A DNA stretch of 64,000 nt from Synechococcus sp. GTDB lineage: Bacteria > Cyanobacteriota > Cyanobacteriia > PCC-6307 > Cyanobiaceae. Of this stretch, positions 1 through 6,377 are shown piece by piece. The notes beneath the pieces were generated by a model. It ran no database searches and was not told the origin of the DNA. It saw only the letters and a program-made list of their open reading frames with translations. Made by a program: the position numbers and the translations under genes. Location of the stretch: positions 1,944,203-2,008,202 of the forward strand of contig JBJBEO010000001.1 in the NCBI GenBank assembly GCA_047284725.1. The letters are read 5' to 3'. Within the stretch, counting starts at the first letter, position 1. Each line of letters begins with the position of its first letter.

Positions 1-854
1 GGGTTCTCTATCTGGTGGGCACGCCCATCGGCCACCTCGGAGACCTCTCCGATCGGGCCCGGCAGGTGCTGCGCCAAGTGGACGTGATCGCTTGCGAAGA
101 CACCCGGCACAGCGGACAGATGCTGAGCAGCCTTGGGGCAGTGGGCAAACGACTGAGCTTTCATCAGCACAACACCAGAGGCCGCATTCCCCAGCTGCTG
201 GAGCTGCTGGAGCAGAGGCTCAGCGTTGCCGTGGTCAGCGATGCCGGGCTACCTGGCATCAGCGACCCAGGCGAAGACCTCGTGGCTGCTGTCCGGGCTG
301 CCGGACGCGAGGTGATCTGCGTGCCAGGCCCCTGCGCAGCCACCGCAGCCTTGGTGAGCAGCGGCTTGCCGAGCGGCCGCTTCTGTTTTGAAGGGTTCCT
401 GCCCGTCAAAGGCAAGGAACGCCGGGATCGACTCGCGCTCATCGCCACCGAACGACGCACCACAGTGCTCTACGAGGGCCCGCACCGCTTGCTGCAGCTC
501 CTGAGCGAACTTGCACATCACTGCGGCTCAGAACGCCCCCTGCAGGTGGCCCGGGAGCTGACCAAACGCCATGAGCAGCAGGTAGGCCCCACCATCGCTG
601 CTGCCCTGGTGCACTTCGAGGACCACAGACCCCAAGGAGAATTCACCCTTGTGCTGGGAGGAGCCCCGGCACCGATGCATGAGGAGCACGATGACACCTA
701 CTGGCGCAAGGCGCTGCAGGAGCTGATCGATGCTGGCCTCAGCGCCAACGCCGCCGCCAAACAACTTGCCGCCCGCGGTGTTCGCTCCAAACGGGAGCTA
801 TACGCCCTCCTTCACAGCGATGAAGGCAACGTTGAAGCGCAACGAGCAGACTGA
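1..854 (+). CDS. rsmI: 16S rRNA (cytidine-1402-2'-O)-methyltransferase, 5'-truncated by the window
   Basis: Frame is open from the window start (VLYLVGTPIG). Contains ACEDTR, VSDAGLPGISDPG, FEGFLP and VARELTK motifs. Confidence 0.95.
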   Translation, partial: VLYLVGTPIGHLGDLSDRARQVLRQVDVIACEDTRHSGQMLSSLGAVGKRLSFHQHNTRGRIPQLLELLEQRLSVAVVSDAGLPGISDPGEDLVAAVRAAGREVICVPGPCAATAALVSSGLPSGRFCFEGFLPVKGKERRDRLALIATERRTTVLYEGPHRLLQLLSELAHHCGSERPLQVARELTKRHEQQVGPTIAAALVHFEDHRPQGEFTLVLGGAPAPMHEEHDDTYWRKALQELIDAGLSANAAAKQLAARGVRSKRELYALLHSDEGNVEAQRAD

Positions 855-873
855 CATCAGTTCTTCCGGATTG

Positions 874-1101
874 ATGCTTCAACGTGTGCGTCTGTTGGTG
901 CTCAGCTGCGGCAGCGCGGGGTTGCTGTTTGTTGTGCTCTGCCTCGGGGCTCAGAACCTGAACGACCGTCGCAACCTCAATCTTGGTTTTGGCAAAACAG
1001 CGCCGTTACCAACAGGCTTCATCGTGGGAGTCAGCGCCATCCTGGGCGTGCTCAGCGGTGGAGCAGTGGCCGCTGTGCTGCTGCCGCAACAACGGGACTG
1101 A
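874..1101 (+). CDS. Small two-TM membrane protein (LapA/DUF1049-like)
   Basis: ATG at 874, 75 aa. Two hydrophobic segments flank GAQNLN..LNLGFG..PLP. Confidence 0.7.
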   Translation: MLQRVRLLVLSCGSAGLLFVVLCLGAQNLNDRRNLNLGFGKTAPLPTGFIVGVSAILGVLSGGAVAAVLLPQQRD

Positions 1102-1110
1102 CGGGGCCGA

Positions 1111-1917
1111 TCAGGCGTCGAGGGCGATCAGTGCTCCTTCCAGCACCAAACGGGTAATGCCCCGCGCCAACAGATACCTCGTGGTGAGCGTGAACACACT
1201 GGTATCGGGAACCCGTATCACCCGTTGTTGACGACCGCACTGACGCTTCGCTAAGCGAGGGCTGGCGTAAAGGCAGAGAGCCTGGCGTTCCCGGTCAGAG
1301 GAGTCGAGCGTGCCCAACTCAGGGAAATCACTGAGGGGGCGTGGGTCCAGTTCCACCACCTTGTCGACCAACATGTAGACGCTCTCTGGCAACACGCCTG
1401 GCCCCATGGGTTGGCAGACCAAAGGCTCGTGACTGTCCCCATGGCTGACCCCAGGCAGAATCGCCACTTCATGGAATTGGTTAGCGAAAGGGTCCTCGCC
1501 TTCAGAACCATCAATCTCGACGGAGGCGTCGCCTTCGCTGGCCTCGTTCTCATTGTCGTTGCCACCAAAATCATCGGCGTCATCAAGGGCAAGGGTGCGG
1601 CCATCCCCCTCTTCCTCAAACTTGTCTTCTGCGGTCACCACCGCGCCTGCAACCTGACGCGCTTCAGACTCAGAAGAGGCCTTCGCAACAACGGACGGAT
1701 GCGAGATCGGGGGGTCAGACTCTGAAACCACGAGGCCTTTGGCCCGCGCTGATTTCAAGGCGTCGTACTCGTCTGCGGGCAGGAGGTTTCGGACGGTGCG
1801 ACTGACTGTGTTGACGCTGCACTCAAAAGCATCCGCCAGGGCTGAACTCGGCTCTCCAGAGCGATAACGGGCGACAAGCTCCTGCTTCTGTGTGTCGTTA
1901 AGCCGACTCGCAGCCAT
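1111..1917 (-). CDS. Conserved cyanobacterial protein with N-terminal helix-turn-helix
   Basis: N-terminal LADAFECSVNTVSRTV HTH-like segment, acidic linker and conserved-looking C-terminal domain. Confidence 0.75.
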   Translation of the reverse strand: MAASRLNDTQKQELVARYRSGEPSSALADAFECSVNTVSRTVRNLLPADEYDALKSARAKGLVVSESDPPISHPSVVAKASSESEARQVAGAVVTAEDKFEEEGDGRTLALDDADDFGGNDNENEASEGDASVEIDGSEGEDPFANQFHEVAILPGVSHGDSHEPLVCQPMGPGVLPESVYMLVDKVVELDPRPLSDFPELGTLDSSDRERQALCLYASPRLAKRQCGRQQRVIRVPDTSVFTLTTRYLLARGITRLVLEGALIALDA

Positions 1918-1986
1918 TTCTTATTAGGCACAGTCTCCAACATTAGGTGCCGCCACTCCCGGACCTACTGCCAAAATGGCGCCGTT

Positions 1987-2060
1987 GCTCCCTTAGCTCA
2001 GCTGGATAGAGCAGCTGCCTTCTAAGCAGCCGGTCGTTGGTTCGAATCCAACAGGGGGCG
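1987..2060 (+). tRNA. tRNA-Arg(TCT)
   Basis: Cloverleaf with GCTGC-CT-TCT-AA-GCAGC anticodon arm and GGTTCGAATCC T-arm. Confidence 0.97.
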
Positions 2061-2073
2061 TTCAGTCACACCA

Positions 2074-2106
2074 ATGGCTCTCGATCATGCTGAGAACCAT
2101 TTTTTT
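2074..2106 (+). terminator. Putative intrinsic terminator after tRNA-Arg
   Basis: ATGGCTCTC/GAGAACCAT stem (1 mismatch) followed by a T-tract. Confidence 0.5.
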
Positions 2107-2125
2107 GTGTGGGCACTTAATGATT

Positions 2126-2145
2126 GTGCGCAGCTTGGTGCGCAG
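2126..2145 (+). repeat. Left arm-type site GTGCGCAG-N4-GTGCGCAG
   Basis: gtgcgcagcttggtgcgcag is 19/20 identical to the reverse complement of 5681-5700. Confidence 0.8.
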
Positions 2146-2554
2146 AAGTCCTGCAAAAAATCCGCCTCACCGCGGCAAAGCCGGGCAACAAATCGGCACA
2201 TTCCCTGCGGAAGCGCACTCACGAGCACCCGTCACAACATTTCCAGCTCGTTAGGAGCAGAGTGATGGCACCAATGCATCACCTGTCTCCCTTGAAGCAT
2301 GCAAAGGGTCGTGCCGAAGCTGCTACTCAAGGCCTGGTGCTGACGACTGATGCGCTGACTGCCATGGGTGTCAGGCATCGATGGTTTCGGTAATTGCGAT
2401 GAGACGCTTGGTGATCGCTTTGGGGAGCACCGCCAAGGCAATCGGGACCGTTGAGCGATCCCTTGCAGTCAAAGCTGCCTGATCGCTGAAAAAACGCCAA
2501 CCACAAAAAATTCACTTTTGATGGACGACACTTCAAAAGCAAGGATGGGAGGAA

Positions 2555-2686
2555 TCACGCTTCCTTGTCCCACCTGGCTATTCGATCATTGATCGCCAAT
2601 TGAGATACCGCATAACGCCAAGCGATCAGAGTGCTCAGGCTTGCGCCAAAGGTGAGGAACACCAACAAAGCTTGCTTGACAGTCAC
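2555..2686 (-). CDS. 43-aa single-TM microprotein
   Basis: Manual translation from GTG: MTVKQALLVFLTFGASLSTLIAWRYAVSQLAINDRIARWDKEA*. Confidence 0.5.
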   Translation of the reverse strand: MTVKQALLVFLTFGASLSTLIAWRYAVSQLAINDRIARWDKEA

Positions 2687-3102
2687 AGCATGAGACTCGT
2701 GTATCCCGTCTTATAAGGCAGCGAAGCCTATTGGCGCTTTTGCTACCGAAACACAGCAAACCCACCATTCACGCCTCAACCGCTGCACTCTGGTTCAGAC
2801 GTGACTGCCTGAGGTGCTCCCTGCTTGCCTGTGGGCTTACGGAATGCCTTTTATGTTCCGTTAGTCACTCCCCAGATCTTCGATTAAGTCAGAGAGGTGT
2901 TCGAGCAGGTGGATACGCATCCATCTACTCGACGGAGACGAGATCATCGAGTCGTTGATACAACTTGAACAACGCCACCACCCGATCGGCGGTGGTCATC
3001 GGTTGTGAATGCTGTGGTGATCGACTAGTGCAGAGTGCGGCGCTGTCGATTCCCCCATTAGCTCACGAGTGATCCCTGCATGTTGCGAACACTTTTTGCT
3101 CG

Positions 3103-3222
3103 CTAGAGGAAATCTTCATCATCATCCACCTCAAACGCTTGCAAGGAAAGCCCCGCGACGACCAAGACAAGACCCAGGATTAAGCCCATGACCAAAAATT
3201 GAATATATAGCGACCATCCCAA
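3103..3222 (-). CDS. 39-aa single-TM microprotein with acidic tail
   Basis: Manual translation from TTG: MGWSLYIQFLVMGLILGLVLVVAGLSLQAFEVDDDEDFL*. An internal ATG is an alternative start. Confidence 0.5.
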   Translation of the reverse strand: MGWSLYIQFLVMGLILGLVLVVAGLSLQAFEVDDDEDFL

Positions 3223-3386
3223 ACAGAGCGAGCCTCAGAAAGACTCAATAAATACCTTTTCTAAATTGCAGTGAATAAACCACAATCAAATGAGCATAAA
3301 CCCCTAAAGCGATCAATTTGTAGCTTCCGATGCATCCATGAGACGCCTAGCCCAATTAACACGAAAACGACCTCTGTCATCCACAC

Positions 3387-3473
3387 ATGGAACTAATCCT
3401 AGTGATTTCAGCAATAGCAGCCTCTTCACTCATGGCGCTCAAGATGACACCCAAAAAGGAGGCATCCCAATGA
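3387..3473 (+). CDS. 28-aa hydrophobic microprotein
   Basis: MELILVISAIAASSLMALKMTPKKEASQ*. Its stop overlaps the next start (ATGA). Confidence 0.55.
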   Translation: MELILVISAIAASSLMALKMTPKKEASQ

Positions 3474-3553
3474 CGTTCACGAGCGCAACTCTTGCCGCCT
3501 CCGTTGCAATGACCAGTTTCTTCTACTGGCTCTTGTCACCAGCCATCAATTAG
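3470..3553 (+). CDS. 27-aa hydrophobic microprotein
   Basis: MTFTSATLAASVAMTSFFYWLLSPAIN*. AAGGAGG Shine-Dalgarno 7 nt upstream of the ATG. Confidence 0.6.
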   Translation: MTFTSATLAASVAMTSFFYWLLSPAIN

Positions 3554-3843
3554 GAGTCCCTCTTCCGAACGCCTTCCCATGCTTCCCGCCGTCGGCGTTA
3601 ACAACCAATTCACAGCTGGCCAAACCCGCCCTCAGGGCGCAGACCCGCCGACGGCTCTGACCATTTGATCAGTGTTTTGCCATCGCTGGGCGTGGTCTGC
3701 GCTGAACAGTTGTGCTTGAGGGTGCGGCCAGGGAAAGCCGATCCTGCCTGGGCTGAGCACAGCATCATGCCTAGTGGTAGTGCGCTGGCTTGCGCAAGGA
3801 CTATGACATCACTATGGATAGCAGCCGAACATCCGAGTAACCC

Positions 3844-4020
3844 CTAAAAAGCTTTTGTGTCGCCTTCCTCGTTCCCGTTGAGATGTGTAACCATGCACTT
3901 GGTGATGCAGGTCTTGTCGTCAAGATCGCACTCAGTAATGCACTCAAAGTAGCTATCGACCGTAAGCCACCTCTCGGTGATTGATGCAACGTTGTGCTCA
4001 TTCCTAAAGGTGTCTCTCAT
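3844..4020 (-). CDS. 58-aa Cys-rich protein with C-x3-C-x6-C-x3-C motif
   Basis: MRDTFRNEHNVASITERWLTVDSYFECITECDLDDKTCITKCMVTHLNGNEEGDTKAF*. GGAAGG lies just upstream. Missed by the 60-aa ORF track. Confidence 0.75.
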   Translation of the reverse strand: MRDTFRNEHNVASITERWLTVDSYFECITECDLDDKTCITKCMVTHLNGNEEGDTKAF

Positions 4021-4104
4021 GGCCTTCCCAATTCAGGGCAATAGCCTATGAGTTTCTTTTTCTAGGATCAAATTAATCATTACGCGAAATAAAGTGCCTA
4101 GGCA

Positions 4105-4133
4105 ATTATACTTTTTGCAATAATGATTCTCGC
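4105..4133 (-). promoter_or_regulatory. Perfect TATAAT -10 (4105-4110) with Fur-box-like pseudo-palindrome (4117-4133)
   Basis: The minus strand reads GCGAGAATCATTATTGC-N6-TATAAT and points at the 3844-4020 gene. Confidence 0.55.
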
Positions 4134-4167
4134 TTTAACGCAAGACGGCGTAGTTAGAGCCTGGCGT

Positions 4168-4222
4168 CAAAGCACTAGCTAGCTAGCACCTCCAGGGGGG
4201 GGGCTAGCTAGCTAGTGCTTTG
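4168..4222. repeat. Perfect 20-bp inverted repeat containing (CTAG)3 in each arm
   Basis: caaagcactagctagctagc-[acctccagggggggg]-gctagctagctagtgctttg. Confidence 0.9.
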
Positions 4223-4468
4223 CTTTATGGCCCCCTTTCCGCGCCATCAACGCTCCAAAAGGACTCAACCCCCGACCGATAAGCCATCGAGACCCCTAAG
4301 CAGCAACAATGATCGCGTCGAGGAACAGGCCGCGGCCTACTGTCTTAGCGTTGAAAGGCGGAGGCCAAGGATGACACCTCCAAAACTCCAAGAAAGTGCG
4401 AATTTTATTTCACGAGAGCGCTGCAGACGACTTGGTGATGCTAAGGAGGCAATTGCGAGCACCAGTTT

Positions 4469-4852
4469 ATGTTTTCTAAAAAGATTGCAACCATTTCATT
4501 TTTTGGCATAAGCTCGTTTCTGCTCCATCCCGAGCCTGTCTATTCAAATGTCAATTATTGCGCTGGCATTGGCAGGCATCTTTCTGATGAAATAGCAAAA
4601 GGCAAGTCAGTCCCAGGATCTGGGCCCTACACCACCAACTGGTATATCCGACAATGGGTCTATAACGATTGCGAAACGAAGACAGGTAAAAGCCCATTCT
4701 CCTTTATGGACACCAAACCATCAAAGCCGATAACGGCGGAAGAGATTCAGGTAAAAAAACTTGAGCAGCAAAGACTTCGGGAACACAAAAGAAGGGCAGA
4801 GAAAAATTGCACCAACTTTATGGTTGTCAACGGACACAAAAGATGCATTTGA
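4469..4852 (+). CDS. Hypothetical secreted protein, 4 Cys
   Basis: 127 aa. Basic-then-hydrophobic N-terminus. Visibly AT-richer than the core genes. Confidence 0.6.
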   Translation: MFSKKIATISFFGISSFLLHPEPVYSNVNYCAGIGRHLSDEIAKGKSVPGSGPYTTNWYIRQWVYNDCETKTGKSPFSFMDTKPSKPITAEEIQVKKLEQQRLREHKRRAEKNCTNFMVVNGHKRCI

Positions 4853-4994
4853 TGATCAACAAAATACCAGACTACCGCCCATTAGTTGAACGCATCTTTG
4901 ATCACTGACTCTGCATTGGCTGCCATTTCAGGCAGAAGCGTACTGGCTTGGCGCATGTATCTGGGTAGCTGTCCTCTTGCCCGTGGCCTAAGGA

Positions 4995-5240
4995 TCAAAC
5001 GTTTGGTGCCACAAAGGCAACCAACACGATGAACACGATCGCCGAGATGATGATCCAGATCCCGATCGGCGTCGATGCTCGCTCCCACCAGCCATGCATC
5101 CACCGCACATGCTGAGTGAGCCAGTGGAAGACGCAGGCACCGACGATTGAGCCACAGAACAGTGACCAGCCGCTAACAAAAATCCGTCCACACAGTTCCT
5201 TGTCGACGGCATCCCACTCACAAATGGGTCTGCCGCGCAT
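4995..5240 (-). CDS. Hypothetical two-TM protein
   Basis: Two hydrophobic segments (SLFCGSIVGACVFHWL; IGIWIIISAIVFIVLVAFV). Start is uncertain (5240 or 5285). Confidence 0.4.
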   Translation of the reverse strand: MRGRPICEWDAVDKELCGRIFVSGWSLFCGSIVGACVFHWLTQHVRWMHGWWERASTPIGIWIIISAIVFIVLVAFVAPNV

Positions 5241-5424
5241 ATTGTCGGTCCCCAGCAGTTGAAACGCGATCAGTGCGAGATGCATTGTCTTCGGTTTGCT
5301 GCTGTTCCTCTCTAGATCGAAATTCAGCGAATGTCTCGTTTATTGAACAGAGGCGGCTTACTGCCTCTCCGGCAAGTCTGACCAGTCTGATCAATGTTGT
5401 GCCGTCGCTGCTGATGCTCTGCAT
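5218..5424 (-). CDS. Hypothetical protein
   Basis: 68-aa ATG ORF directly upstream of the 4995 ORF. No motif recognised. Confidence 0.3.
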   Translation of the reverse strand: MQSISSDGTTLIRLVRLAGEAVSRLCSINETFAEFRSREEQQQTEDNASRTDRVSTAGDRQYARQTHL

Positions 5425-5680
5425 GGAACAATTGTCCCCCTGGGCGCTGTCAGAGAGCCGTCAATCCTATGTGGGTTGAGCACGACGGCAACGCCACGGG
5501 GTTGGCGTCGTCGAGGGCAGGTCTTAAACGCGTGACTGATCATCCGCGTCACCAAACCTCTCGCCGCTGTGGAAATGAGACAGTTCATCATTGCCATGGC
5601 CCAAGGATGCAAAAGCGAGCAGACCAAGGGCAAGGCCGATTTTCCTTTTGCTTGGGCTCTGAGCGACAGTGGTCAGTGGC

Positions 5681-5700
5681 CTGCGCACCAATCTGCGCAC
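5681..5700 (-). repeat. Right arm-type site (inverted copy of 2126-2145)
   Basis: Reverse complement is gtgcgcagattggtgcgcag. Confidence 0.8.
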
Positions 5701-5770
5701 TTCCTGTACACGAACGGGAGTTTGTGTAGTCACAGCCTGCGATCTGAATGGCTGACCGATGGCCGTTGCG

Positions 5771-5808
5771 GCAGCCGGCCGTTGGTTCGACCCAAGAGGT
5801 GGAGTCCA
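5771..5808 (+). repeat. attR-like degenerate copy of the tRNA-Arg 3' half
   Basis: gcagccggccgttggttcga-cccaagaggtggagtcca versus 2026-2064 gcagccggtcgttggttcgaatccaacagggggcgttca: 19/20 in the first 20 nt and 32/39 overall by manual alignment. Confidence 0.85.
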
Positions 5809-6056
5809 CACAACCCAGACAGCACTGAGCCCGCTCATGTCTCTCTGAGCGCTCGAACGCCGTACCAGCCTGTTCATCAACATCATGTCCAAGCGGTAGC
5901 CCAGAGCTGCGGCGAGACATTCCAAGCCTCAGGGGGCTAGATCCAAGCAGCCTGTAAGCCCAAAACAGAGGTGCTACCACACCCCTCAAACGACGTCTCG
6001 CGTACAGCCCTGCTTCTTCGTTATGATTGTTTACAATCTTGTCCACACGAGCGATA

Positions 6057-6158
6057 ATGGCCTTCACCACCGCAGACGCAATCGCACTGTTCGCCAGCTT
6101 CGGCGTAGCGCTGTTTGCGCTGAACCTCTACAAACTGACGACCAGCACCAAGAGCTGA
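6057..6158 (+). CDS. 33-aa single-TM microprotein
   Basis: MAFTTADAIALFASFGVALFALNLYKLTTSTKS*. TACAAT -10-like hexamer at 6032-6037. Confidence 0.55.
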   Translation: MAFTTADAIALFASFGVALFALNLYKLTTSTKS

Positions 6159-6176
6159 TAATCCCAAGACAGGGCC

Positions 6177-6377
6177 ATGACGATCGACAGACGATGCAGA
6201 GAGCAGCAACGAGTTGCCAATGAGATCCTGATGGACTTCAAACACACGAAACCAGGCTCCCAGGAGCAATTTCGCTCGTTGAAGACCTTGTCATTCTTGA
6301 TTGGCATGTGGAGCAATTTCTTCAGGCGAGAAGAGACCCGCATGAACGCAGCCCTGGCCCTTGAAGAAAACAGTTAG
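6177..6377 (+). CDS. Small hypothetical protein of a type seen in marine Synechococcus
   Basis: 66 aa. The MDFK.T.PGS.EQ...L.TLSFL.GMW pattern is recalled from picocyanobacterial hypotheticals (not checked). Confidence 0.7.
   Translation: MTIDRRCREQQRVANEILMDFKHTKPGSQEQFRSLKTLSFLIGMWSNFFRREETRMNAALALEENS

Larger units (their letters stand above)
2026..5808. mobile_element. tRNA-Arg-integrated element, apparently non-autonomous or decayed (no intact integrase)
   Basis: Direct repeat of the tRNA 3' half at 5771-5808, a 20-bp inverted pair at 2126-2145 and 5681-5700, and low coding density with only short ORFs. Confidence 0.75.

Noticed and set aside
2925..2999. 24-aa minus-strand ORF MTTADRVVALFKLYQRLDDLVSVE
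   Set aside because: It looks helical but is too short and has no clear RBS or promoter support.
3338..3553. 71-aa ORF in the track
   Set aside because: Better explained as a 27-aa gene with its own SD, coupled to a 28-aa gene in another frame.
5524..5925. ORF beginning LECLAAALGYRLDM, like the end of an XRE HTH
   Set aside because: There is an in-frame stop just upstream, the rest of the domain is absent and the ORF crosses the att repeat.
5569..5940. ORF containing SHSLRSEWL, resembling a recombinase box II
   Set aside because: The frame runs across the arm site and att core, and no other catalytic motif is present.
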